Counted from the first letter of the stretch, positions 48,937 to 60,448 are shown. The stretch: DNA of 64,000 bases from Octopus sinensis (GCF_006345805.1 NC_043009.1:18724001-18788000); one strand, 5' to 3'. Notes: generated from the letters alone by a model not told the origin. Numbers and translations: made by a program.

Positions 48937-51683
48937 AGGCGCTATTGGAGACGCTGCCATTAATTGACGTGGAGGCCGAGGGGAAGACGTTCAAGGCCCT
49001 CGTAGATACGGGCTGTACGACCACCCTCGTGACTTCAAGGGTGACGAAGAAATGGAACGGGGCAAGTAGTGTCCGGGCGGTCGACGGCAGCGAAATCCGT
49101 TACAGAGGCAGCAGCAAGTTAGAGATAGTGGTGCGCGGCGCGACGCTAAGGCTGCAGGTAATTGTGGCTGAACGCGTGATAGATGGGGTTGATGCGGTGA
49201 TGGGTATGGACGCCATCAACTGCCTCGGTGGCGTCAGTGTTGTGGGAAATGAGGTCACGTTCGGAAGCGTGGGGGCGTCGTGCACTGCGAGTCAGGATCG
49301 CCAGAGAGAGCAGAGCTCCGCGAGGGACTGCGCCGCTTACACCACCGAGGACAAAGACTTTCAGGCGGCGTTCGATGGTCAGCGGTGGACGATAGTGTGG
49401 CGATGGAAGGACGAGTCCCCGACGCTGGAAAACAGGGTGAGCTGTTACCAGCATACCCTAAAAGGCCACGCCAGGGTTGAGTTTGAAGACGAGGTGGAGA
49501 GGTGGATCGAGGAAAGGGTCCTTGTCCCTTGGAAGGAGGAGGTAGCGGGCAGAGTGCTACCCCTGATGGCGGTGGTGCAGCCTACGAAGGGAAAAGTCAG
49601 ACCGGTGCTTGACTTCAGGGAGCTAAACCAGCATATATCGTGTCACACGGGAGGTGAGGCGACAGACGTTTGTGGCGAGACGTTACGTGCGTGGAGACAG
49701 TCGACAGAGGCAGCGACGATGGCAGCTCCATGTGAGCGACAAACTGTGGCGATATCAGCTGGTGCGGTTCAAAGGCCGGATGTACTGTTTAACCAGGCTG
49801 GGTTTCGGGCTGAATTCCGCCCCGAAGATCATGGCGGCAGTGCTTAAGTCCGTCCGAGGGAAAGACGGCAAGATTAGAAAGGCCACCAGCTCCTACATTG
49901 ACGACATTTTGGTGGACGAAACTGTAGTGCCTGCCAACGAGGTAGTTAGACATCTGGAGAAGTTCGGACTGATTGCGAAGCCACCGGAGTCGATGGAAGG
50001 GGGAGCCGCGCTGGGGCTGAAGCTGCGAAGAGATAGATCGGGTAAATTGGTGTTCCGGAGAGGGAATGAAATCCCAGAGCTGAGTTCCAGCGTCAGCAGG
50101 AGAGAGCTGTTCTCGGTGTGTGGGAAGTTGGTCGATCACTACCCGATCGCTGGATGGCTGCGCACGGCGTGCAGTTACACCAAGAGACGAGCAGAGGGGG
50201 AGAGTTGGGGCGACAAGGTGGATGATGCAGGAAATCCTAGAGAGGACGAGAGCGGAAGACCCGGTCAGGGGGAACTGGTACGTGCCCAAGATGGAATGCG
50301 GGACCGTCTGGTGTGATGCTAGCAGTATAGCGATAGGGGTTGTGTTGGCAATCGAAGGTGCTGCGGTGGAGGACGCGGCCTGGCTTCGGAAAGCAGATGA
50401 CTTCAACCATATCAATGTCGCCGAATTAGACTCGGTGCTGAAAGGGGTGAACTTGGCCCTGAAATGGGGGCTGCGCACAATTGAAATCCGGACGGATTCG
50501 GTCACTGTGCTTGGCTGGGTAGGATCGGTGATCACCGGTGAAAGGAGAGTGCGGACGAAAGGTGCCGCGGAGATGTTAGTGAAACGCCGTCTAGGAGTTC
50601 TAGGTGAATTGATCGCCGAGTTCGGACTGAAGCTGAATGTGGTTTTCGTGCCTTCGGAGAAAAACAGGGCGGACGCACTGACCAGGGTGAAAAGAGCGTG
50701 GTTGGAAGAACCGGAGGAGGCCCGGAAAGGGATAGCTGCGGCGTGTCTGTTGGATGACTCTGAACTGAAGAGACTGCATGCTATGCATCACCTGGGTGTG
50801 GACAGGACCCTGTATCTGGCGAAGAAAATTGATGCTGACGTCACTAGGAGAAGCACCCGGAAGGTGGTTGGGAGCTGCGACAGGTGTCAGTCCATCGACC
50901 CTGCTCCGTGTGGGCGTGAACAGGGAAGCCTTTCGGTAGAGCAGGACTGGAAAAGGCTAGCTGTGGATGTGACACACTACCGCCAGGGAATGTACTTCTC
51001 CATGGTCGACTGCGGGCCAGGCCGGCTGGCCATTTGGAGGGAGTTGAGAACGGACATTGCTGACGAGATCGCGCAGATCCTGAACGGGATATTTTTAGAG
51101 AGAGGTCCCGTGGAAGAACTACTGATGGACAACGGGGCGGCGTTTCGTTCGGAAGCATTGAGGGTTATGCTTGATCGGTGGAAGGTGCGTCGCTTGTTCA
51201 GAGCAGCGTATAGGCCGAGCAGTAACGGGATCGTCATCGGACAGTCAAGACCATAGCGGAAAGAGGGCACATTTCGCCGCTTGAAGCAGTTTTTTAGTAC
51301 AACTTGTCTCCCCATCCGGACAAGCTGAGGAATCTGTGCCGCAGAGAGCTGTATTTAAATATGAATGGAGGCACCCGAGCAAAGCGCCGGAGGGCCACGA
51401 GGAAGAGAAGGGACCCGTTTGCATGAAAATAGGGGAGGAAGTCTGGGTTAAGCCACCAAAGGCGCGCTGTACTTCTCATTGGAGCAGAGGAACGGTGACG
51501 GCAGTCAATTCCAGAAACAACGTCTCCGTGGATGGAATTCCGCGACACGTCTTGGACCATCGCAGGATTGTCGCTTTGACGGACGACGATAGTGAAGAAG
51601 GGAAGAACGAGGTGCCTAGCTTGAGAAGATCTCGGCGCGCAAGGCGCCCTCCCGGTTGGATGGTGGACTACGACATGGAGTAG
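48873..51683 (+). pseudogene. pol: pol (protease-RT-RNase H-integrase), frameshifted with small deletions
   Basis: ALVDTGC; PVLDFRELN; RLGFGLNSAP; YIDDILV; WCDASS...HINVAELD...TDS; HAMHHLG...CDRC; AVDVTH; MDNG. Confidence 0.92.
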
Positions 51684-51714
51684 AGAGATTGTGATCTTTA
51701 AGATCAGGGTGGCG

Positions 51715-51991
51715 TGTGGGATGATGTCAGCAGCTGGGGAGCTGACCGGAACTTGGGGTTGACCGGAAGGGGAAGCCGAGACGCGCGCGCAGCGAGCGGG
51801 CATTTCTGCCTTTCGAGCCAGGGTCGTCGAGGTGTTAAGACGGGTGATCACGTTGCTAAGGTTGGGTGAAGCAGCTGCTATTTCTAGCATTCGGGTCGGG
51901 CTGTGTCGAAGGATCCGTTACCGCTGAAGGGTCTCCATCTGAGCGAAGAGAAGGTAGGTGCCTTTATTTCGAATCTCTCGCACACACCACA
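51715..51991 (+). repeat. 3' LTR (277 bp)
   Basis: TGTGG...CCACA terminal inverted 5-mers. Confidence 0.95.
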
Positions 51992-51996
51992 CCTGC

Positions 51997-52200
51997 ACAT
52001 CACATTCCGGAACTCCTACCTCAATAACTATTGATAAAGATTAGCTATTTAAGGCCACTCTTTCCACAAAGCACTTGCATTTGCTCCTTACAGAAAGAAT
52101 TCGCACTACAGATTATCACCCAACCTTGATGGAATAGCAGAATGCTTTCATTATGATTTCATTCGACAAACGCTCTGCGAGAGGATTCCTGCAGCTGGCA
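51997..52200 (+). mobile_element. Continuation of the old Gypsy integrase after the nested insertion
   Basis: Broken frame resembles (FG)TPTSITID...RIRTTDYHP.LDG+.E.FH (integrase core). Confidence 0.65.
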
Positions 52201-52289
52201 GCTTTCCTCAAAATTTGAACCTGACATATTTAAATCCGAAAACTAAAATCACAGACAGACAACATCACTATATTTGGTAATACTGATTT

Positions 52290-52480
52290 ATAATTTTGGC
52301 ACAAGGCCAGCAATTTCAGGGGACGGGTGAGTCAATTGCATGTACCCCAGTGCTCAACTGGTACTTATTTTATCGACCCTGAAAGGATGAAAGGTAAAGA
52401 CGGCCTTGGTGGAATTTGAACTCAGAACGTAAAGACAGGCGAAATGCATTTAGTTCGGCTTGCTACCATCTCACCGCCCT
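52290..52480 (-). mobile_element. SINE family B
   Basis: Minus strand GGCGGTGAG...TTCTGAGTTCAAATTCC (B box)...TTTCATCCTTTCAGGGTCGATAAAATAAGTACCAGTTGAGCACTGGGG; fragment also at 40815-40890 (+). Confidence 0.75.
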
Positions 52481-52504
52481 AACTATATTTGGTAATATTT
52501 GTTT

Positions 52505-52608
52505 CGATTTTTGGCACCAGGCCAGCAATTTCTGGAAGTGGGTAAGTCGATTACATCGACCACAGTGCTCAACTGATACTAATAATATAATTAGTACTCA
52601 ACTGGTAC
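52505..52608 (-). mobile_element. SINE family B, 3' part; 5' part continues at 56604-56703 after the RTE insertion
   Basis: Sequence collinear with 52290-52480 on both sides of the RTE. Confidence 0.7.
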
Positions 52609-52619
52609 TATATAAGTAT

Positions 52620-55600
52620 GTCAGGTCTCCGCTTAGAGCTACTGGTAACATGTAACCCAGTACAACCTGTTACATGGTCGGGTCGTTGGCGACTAAACTG
52701 GCAACCCCACCAAGATTTCTTGGTGAGGAGGGTGATTTGGACACCCAGCAGGACTAAAAACAAAACCTGTCAAAGGGCAGAGGAACTCTCTCATGAGTCA
52801 ATGGCCATCCAAAATCCGGAGTGGAGCCCCTAAGGCGGTTGGATTGCGCCATGCGTGCCACCTTCCGGCAGCTCCTGCATCTTGGTCTACCCCCAGTCGT
52901 CTTGACTTTGTCTTGCTACTGGATCCGGCGCACCAGGACGAGAGAGTGAGGCTGATCCTGCGCAAGTCACCCTCACTATAATCCAAGTCACGCGCATGTC
53001 ACGACATCATGACGCCATGACACCATCCCAAAGTCCTGTGGCGATGGGGAAACGGCGAAGTAGCAGGTGAGGATACACTGGGAGCTGCAGTCGTGAACCC
53101 ACACACAGGCGGCTCAGGACATGTGGTCGCCCCTCACTGAACTGAGGCAGCAGTGGAGTCCGGCAGCCTCCTGAGTGACCGAGCAGCCCTCTTCAGGATC
53201 GCTCTTCTCGCCTCCCCAGCATGAGGACGGGGCTAGAAAAGGTTGCCCTAAACATAGCCTGCCTCACCTCACCCTGGTCAGCAAACCGCGGCTGGCGGGG
53301 ATCCTTTCCAAGCGGTCGAAACAAAGAAAGAAGAAAACAAACAAAGGTGCTCACTTTCGCAACTTGGAACGTGAGAACTCTGCTTGACAACACCAAAGCG
53401 GACAGACCAGAGAGACGAACTGCTCTGGTGGCGAGAGAACTGAGCCGATACAGTGTCGATATTGCAGCACTGAGCGAGACCCGCCTTGCGGACAAAGGCC
53501 AGCTGACAGAGACAGGCGGCGGCTACACTTTCTTTTGGAGTGGTCGCAGCAGCGAAGAGCGTCGTGAGGCTGGTGTTGGTTTTGCCATTAAGTCAGTACA
53601 CGTGCGGAAACTGGAAAGCCCCCCGAGGGTATCAACGATCGGCTGATGAAGATGCAGCTCCCACTTGGAAACAAGACTAGTGCGACCATCATCAGTGCTT
53701 ACGCCCCCACCATGACCAACCCTGAAGAAGTTAAGGACAGGTTCTATGAGGAACTCGACTCCCTCATCACGTCAGCCCAGCCTGGGAAGCTCATCCTCCT
53801 TGGGGATTTTAACGCCCGTGTCGGGACTGACCACCAAGCCTGGCATCGCGTACTGGGAAAGCAAGGAATCGGAAAGAGCAACAGCAACGGACAGCTCCTC
53901 CTGCGTGCGTGTGCCTCTCATGATCTTACCATCGCCAACACCTTGTTCCGTCTGCCAACACGCAACAAGACATCATGGATGCATCCACGCTCCAAACACT
54001 GGCATCTGATAGATTACGTCATCGTCAGGGCGAAAGACAGGCGGGACGTGAGACTGGTCAAAGCCATGTGCGGAGCTGACTGCTGGACGGACCATCGCCT
54101 CATCATCTCCAGGATGGATTTCTACATCCGACCTAAGAGAAGACCACAGGGTCAGAAAGTGACGAGGAAGCTTAACATCACGAAATTAAAGAACCAGCTG
54201 ACTGCACAAGATCTCCAGTCACGTATGGACAGTAAGCTGTTGGACATTCGGAGTGACCAGTCCAGCATCGATGAGCAGTGGGAATCATTCAGGGACACGG
54301 TTCATTCCATCGCCCTTGAAACTCTGGGCCAAATTACGAGGAACCACCAGGACTGGTTCGACGAAAACGACCAGGAAATCCAAAAGCTCCTGGAAGAGAA
54401 ACGCCGTCTGCTGCGGGCTCACCAAAATGACACCACCTGCACGGCAAAGAAGGCCGCTTTCAACAACATTCGCAGCACAGTCCAGGCTAAACTCCGCCTC
54501 ATGCAAGACGCATGGTTAAGCGCCAAGGCGGATGAGATTCAGGGATACGCAGACAAACACGACACCAAGAAATTCTACGAGGCGCTGAAAGCTGTCTATG
54601 GACCGCAGTTCTCCTTTGGATCAACCCCCCCCCCTGCTCAGCTCAGATGGAACCTCACTCCTGACTAACAAGAGGCTGATCCTGAGAGATGGGCGGAGCA
54701 CTTCAACATCGTGCTCAACCGACCAGCCCAGATCAACGAGGAAGCCATCGCACGACTCCCCCAGGTGCCAACAAACCACGAGTTGGCTGTTCCCCCTGCA
54801 GTCGAGGAAGTGAGCAGAGCCATCAAAAAAATGTCCACCGGCAAAGCTCCCGGCTCTGACGCCATCCCTGCAGAGGTGTTCAAGTCGGGCGGCCCCACCA
54901 TGATCAGTCAGCTCACCAGCCTGTTCCAGTCGATGTGGGACAGGGAACAACTCCCTCAAGATTTCCGGGATGCAACAATCGTTCACATTTATAAGCGGAA
55001 AGGAGATCGGCAGTCCTGCGACAACCACCGAGGTATTTCCCTCTTGTCCATAGCAGGCAAGATCCTGGCCCGGGTCCTGCTTGACCGCCTTCTGGAACAC
55101 TTGGAGCAAGGCCTTCTCCCTGAGAGCCAGTGTGGCTTCCGTGCGGGTCGAGGGACCACTGACATGATATTCGCCGCCCGCCAGCTCCAGGAGAAATGCA
55201 TGGAGCAGCACCTTGACCTTTGCATGACCTTTGTTGACCTCACCAAGGCCTTTGATACAGTCAGTCGGGAGGGACTATGGAAGGTCATGGGAAAATTTGG
55301 TTGCCCCAGCAAATTTATTGCAATTGTCCGCCAGTTCCACGACGAATGACAGCCAGAATCCTTGAAGACGGCGACTCATCTGAAGCCTTCCAGGTGACCA
55401 ACGGAGTCAGGCAGGGCTGTGTCCTGGCCCCAACACTGTTCAGCATCATGTTCTCGGCAATGATGTCCGACGCCTTTAGGGACTGCAAGTCCGGTATCAA
55501 CATCAAGTACAGGACAGACGGGAAACTTTTCAACTCCAGGAGATTGCAGGCTGTCACAAAGGTGAGGGAGACAGTCGTCAGAGACTTTCTCTTTGCTGAC

Positions 55601-56592
55601 GACTGCGCCCTTAATGCAATCGATGAGCAGGAGATGCAGCTCGAGATGGACAGGTTTCATCAGCCTGTGACAACTTCGGTCTCACCATCAGTGCAAAGAA
55701 AACTGAAGTGATGTTTCAGCCAGCCCCCGGCAAACAATACCATGAGCCTCAGATAAGGGTGAACGGACGGATCCTACGAGTGGTGGAAAACTTCACCTAC
55801 CTGGGCAGCACTCTCTCCTGCAATGCCAACATAGATGCTGAAACCATCAACAGAATCTCCAAGGCAAGCAGCGCGTTTGGGAGACTGCGAAAGAAAGTCT
55901 GGGAGCGGAGAGGAATCAGCCTCAACACCAAGCTGAAAGTCTACCGGGCAGTCGTGCTTACCACCCTACTATACGGCTGCGAGACGTGGACTGCTTACCG
56001 AAGGCACGAGCGCCAGATAAACCACTTCCATCTCAGGTGTCTTCGGAATCTCCTTCACATCCGCTGGCAGGACAAAGTCCCAGACACGGAAGTTCTGAAG
56101 CAGGCAGATCTCCCTAGCACCATCACAATCATGCGCAAGGCCCAGCTGAGATGGGCGGGCCACGTCTCCCGCATGTCCGACACTCGCATCCCAAAACAGC
56201 TCTTCTACGGTGAACTCGGCCAGGGCAGGCGCAAAGTCGGAGGGCAGAAAAAGCGCTACAAGGATAGTCTCAAGGTCTCTCTCAAAGACTTCTCCATCGG
56301 AACAGAGACCTGGGAGACACTTGCTGCCAACCGCTCATCCTGGCGCAGCGCAATCACCGTGGGAGCAGGGACAGCCGAGGAGGGACGGATTCGGTCAGCG
56401 GAGCAGAAACGTCAGATGCGTAAAGTCAGAGCCGCCTGCACCAGTAGCACTGCCCCTACCCACTTCTGCCCCACCTGTGGGAGGGGCTTCCTTGCCCGGA
56501 TTGGCCTCACCAGCCACCTCCGGTCTCATGGCGGCAGTTCCATCAGATGATGTCAGTTGGTCATCTTCGAACCGAAGGACGAACATTATTAT
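52620..56592 (+). mobile_element. Full-length RTE-clade LINE (about 4.0 kb), 11-bp TSD TATATAAGTAT
   Basis: TSD 52609-52619 and 56593-56603; 600-bp 5' UTR; APE (TWNVRTL, ALSETR, GDFNAR, IDYVIV), RT ([41 protein letters not shown]), C-terminal CPTCGRGF...SHLRSH; (ATT)n tail. Confidence 0.97.
53221..56550 (+). pseudogene. RTE single ORF (APE endonuclease + RT + zinc finger) split by five single-base indels
   Basis: Indels near 53620, 54630, 54686, 55345 and 55656; no nonsense codons seen in the stitched frame. Confidence 0.9.
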
Positions 56593-56702
56593 TATATAAG
56601 TATATTATCGGCCCCGAAAGGAGGGAAGCAAAGTCAGACAAAATCAGGCAAAGTGGACCTCGGCGGAATTTGAACTCAGAACGTTAAGACCGGTGAAATA
56701 CC

Positions 56703-56830
56703 GTTCGGACGAACGGGAACGTGAAACTTTGAGTAACAGTTTCGTGAAGCTTTTGCAACTCTAATGAAAGCATATTACTCTCCCTTAGGTATTCGAGTAC
56801 TATTTTTCCATCTTGTTTTGCATTTATGTG
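56703..56830 (+). mobile_element. PLE 3' terminal fragment with a decayed hammerhead
   Basis: CGGACGA-ACG-GGAA-CGT-GAAA-CTTTGAG-TA-ACAG, then AAAGCATATTACTCT...GAGTACT...CATTTATGTG homologous to 40216-40350. Confidence 0.7.
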
Positions 56831-56855
56831 CTTACTTGCGTGTATCTATTTAGAT

Positions 56856-56921
56856 CAGGGTTCTCCAACTCGCGGCCCGCGGGCTGCATGCGACCCGCCA
56901 AGCGATTTTCTGCGGCCCGCT
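56856..56921 (+). mobile_element. hAT-like DNA transposon end (one terminus only)
   Basis: CAGGGTTCTCCAACT followed by subterminal GCGGCCCG/CGACCCG motifs typical of Charlie/hAT MITE ends. Confidence 0.55.
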
Positions 56922-56979
56922 ATATACAAGGAGAAAAGAATTATATACATACATACATACATACTACATACATACTACA

Positions 56980-57048
<69 letters not shown>

Positions 57049-57051
57049 CAT

Positions 57052-57972
57052 ACTTGGAAAAGGATGCGTGGTGTTCGATCATATAATAATATAAATAATA
57101 TATAAATATATGCTTATATACATACATATATGTACATACCTACATATATATGTATATATACATGCATATATGGGTACAAGGCATCAAAAGAAAAAAAACG
57201 TTGAAGACAATGAGAAATGAAAACATAAAAACAAAAACATAGAAACGATCTTATTTTCAAACAACGAAAAAAAAAAACAGTACCAGACATACAACACAAG
57301 GAATATTGCCCTTCTTCAGTTGTCCCTGTTTCATCTTACTCCTCCTCCTCGACTCTCTCGTCACTGACACGTGATCAGAGGGAAGCAATCTTTCCAACTG
57401 CTATCTTCACCAAGACCAGACCGCTTATTCTGTCTCTCTCATAAACTGTCTCCTTAAGCATTCAAAATAATTTTTCCATCGTCTTGGCTTAACAACCCTC
57501 ATCGTTTGTTTTTATTGTTTTATTTTCGTTGTTCTGTCTTTTACTGTTTTTACTTTTTTATTGTTTTTACTGTCTTGTTTTGTTCTTACTGTCTTGTTGT
57601 TACCACTTTTACCCTCCGCAAAAAATCCCAAATTTATTTAATTTGCTTTGCGGGTAGGACTGTTTCAATGAAGTAGCGTCTTGTCCTTACTTTCGAAACG
57701 CAGAGTAGATGAAACAGGGACAACTGAAGAAGGGGAATATTCCTTGTGTTGTATGTCTTGTACTCAGTTTTTTCGTTCTTTGAAAAAAAGTTCGTTTCCA
57801 TGTTTTTGTTTTTATGTTTTCGTTTCTCATTGTGTTCAACGCTTTTTTGATGTCCTGTACCCATATATGCATGTATATATATGTAGGTATGTACATATAT
57901 GTATGTATAGATGCATATAGATATATATTATTTATATTATTATATGATCGAACGCCACGCATCCTTTTCCAA

Positions 57973-57975
<3 letters not shown>
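57052..57975. repeat. Inverted repeat pair, about 290-bp arms, about 350-bp spacer
   Basis: 57052-57345 is the reverse complement of about 57703-57975 (TACTTGGAAAAGGATGCGTGG...GGGTACA...CAGTTGTCCCTGTTTCATC). Confidence 0.85.
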
Positions 57976-58024
<49 letters not shown>

Positions 58025-58026
<2 letters not shown>

Positions 58027-58172
58027 GTTAATCCAAACATGAAAACACAAAGAGAAAACACAACAACGCGAGGACATGGAACAAATATAGTATAATTGGA
58101 CGCTCAGGAAAGAAGGAAAGAAGGGGTTTAATGTTTCGAGCGGAGCTCTTCGTCAGAAACATAGGAAAAGCA
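58025..58172 (-). mobile_element. PLE-type tail with a minimal hammerhead (58122-58165)
   Basis: Minus strand GTTT-CTGACGA-A-GAGC-TCC-GCTC-GAAA-CA-TT-AAAC; ends at a (TA)n tract. Confidence 0.7.
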
Positions 58173-59053
58173 TAGACCAAAATAATAGTGTTCAAACAGT
58201 GTAAATTTTCACGTGATGGTCAACCATGGCTAAAGCCTATCCAAAACCTTATGTTTATATATTATTTATATATAATATAATACGGCAGAGAAATTTTTTC
58301 TTTTTGGGGGTGGGGTGGGGGGTTGAATATTTCTGTACAAATATCCAGAAGCATTTATGGTTCGTATAGAGGCTCACCTTTCATATAATGTATCTAGTAA
58401 GAATGAAGAAATTTAGTGTTGATCTCATTTCTGAGATAATCTCGTCAGTTTCGAATCCAGCCTCTGTGCTAAATCATAGTTTATTGTTGTAGAGAGTATG
58501 GGCAATGGATAATTCATAAGTGGTTTCTATTGGTGAATGAGTATGTTATATTGACAATAACAATTTGTAGAATTAACATTGTGAGGGTATTAATGTTAGA
58601 GATGTGCAAATGTTTTTTCTTGGTATTTGTGGTGGTAGCTTTCTATGCCACTTTTGTCATGTTTAATTGTATAATTATTGCTCAAATTTCTAGTCGGATT
58701 CCATATGCCAAAAGTTAAGTTCTCATTACTTCTCTATATTACCGACAATATATCGAGGGAACCTCTACTTCGTCGATTGAACAACTAGTATTAGCTACCA
58801 AATCTTCACTTTACACCCGAACACCTTTAAAATGCTGTCCAGGAGATTTTCTGTCAGACAATAAAAAAAAAATACGTATGGGATTAGTAGCTTGTTACTC
58901 TATTATATACGTCTGATAAGCCTGCTTAGTCCAGAAATTCACAAAGTATTTATAACATCTTCAACTAAAAGAAAATCACTTCACGAACTATTCCAACTAT
59001 CATTAGCAAAGTTTTGAATACATTGCTCGCTAGTCACGTATAAGCAAAATGCT

Positions 59054-59219
59054 CAGGATTGTCGCTTCGACGGACGACGATTGTGAAGAGGGGGAGAACG
59101 AGGTGCCCAGCTTGAGAAGATCTCGACGCGCAAGGCGCCCTCCCGGTTGGATGGTGGACTACGACATGGAGTAGAGAAATTGTGATCTTTAAGATCAGGG
59201 TAGCGTGTGGGATGACGTC
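59054..59219 (+). mobile_element. Orphan fragment of the compact Gypsy: IN end + PPT + first 14 bp of LTR
   Basis: Near-identical to 51563-51728. Confidence 0.9.
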
Positions 59220-59543
59220 CCCAACAAATAACACAAACGCTACAGACTACTCTCCAGACTAATGAGTGCTTTAACACAATACCGTTTCACTAATGCCTTT
59301 TGAATGTTGATGGCTTTCCTGCACCTCCTTATAATACATACCCAACCACAGCAGCTCGTCAGTTTCCACTTATTTATAGACTCCCTGCGGTTGACTTGTG
59401 ATTTCTTGAGCTTTCTCTTGCCTGCTCTGTAACTCAGTAGGCTAAGCTACCACTACACTACTAGAAACCTCTCTATGTCACCCTAGATGCACTTCTACTA
59501 CACTTCTGCAATCTCAGACTACAAATACCGCAGCACATACCAT

Positions 59544-60448
59544 TGTAGAGCGACCGTGCGTAAAGGAGATGGTGACAAATGTCTCCTTTTTGAACGCCGC
59601 ACAGTCGCCTTACAAAAGAAACCAAAATAAGTGCCAAAAAGAATAAGGAAAAAACACAACCGTATAATGTATGAAAGAAAAGACTTTATTTAAATATGTT
59701 TGTGTCTTAAGAGTGTCTGTTTACGTGTGTACACAATAAGTAACAATACAGAGCATAAAAAGAGTGTCCAGACACAAATGGAGAGAATTACTAGTTCGTA
59801 GTAATATACACAATAGCAGAGGTTCTGTAACAGAGAAGTTGAGGCAACAAAGTGGAGAGCCGGTTACTACGCATGTAGAGGTTGCGGCTTCTATCCTATG
59901 CAGGGTTACTTGTTACAGAAGATTCTCGCAAGCAGGCTAGCTGTTAACCTTGGTGAGTATTCACAAACAGCGTGAAGTTCAAACCTGGTCGATGTTGATG
60001 TGTACATATTGTTGAAGTCGACGGTGGTGATGGTGACGGTGGGAAAAGGTCCTGAAATGCTGCGATGGTGTTGTTGTTGCTGAGACATGGCTGAGTCGCT
60101 CGAACATGGTTGAGTCGCTCGAACTGGCTGGCTGTCGCTGGATGCTCTGTGGTCAATGGTCTAGAACCAAAAGACAAGCGATTCAATCGATCGCTGGGTT
60201 TTATAACAATCTAGAGGCCCCAGAAGAAAACCTGGAGGACTGTGTCACGGGGCCTTATCTGAAGGTTGCGATTGGTTGGTTTACACATTGGCGCGAAATA
60301 AAGCAAGAGATAAAACTGCACCAAAACCAACCAATCAGAGCAGCGGACACAACTGGGCCAAATCAACCGAAGGATGGCTGTTATCTACCACGACGTTATT
60401 TGTATGATATCTCTCAAAGAGGGATAATGTATTTCACTAAGCGCTACA
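59544..60448 (-). mobile_element. Solo LTR, 905 bp, TGTAG...CTACA, 4-bp TSD CCAT
   Basis: CCAT at 59540-59543 and 60449-60452; on the minus strand CCAAT (60271-60275), TATAAAA (60199-60205) and AATAAA (59685-59690) in U3-R-U5 order. Confidence 0.75.

Larger units (their letters stand above)
47888..51991 (+). mobile_element. Compact Ty3/Gypsy LTR retrotransposon, 4.1 kb, both LTRs, 5-bp TSD CCTGC
   Basis: LTRs 47888-48163 and 51715-51991; CCTGC at 47883-47887 and 51992-51996; order gag-PR-RT-RH-IN; purine-rich tract before the 3' LTR. Confidence 0.97.

Noticed and set aside
54621-55211. Long antisense ORFs over the RTE and Gypsy coding regions (also 49789-50535, 51294-51890)
   Set aside because: Shadow frames of GC-rich TE coding sequence
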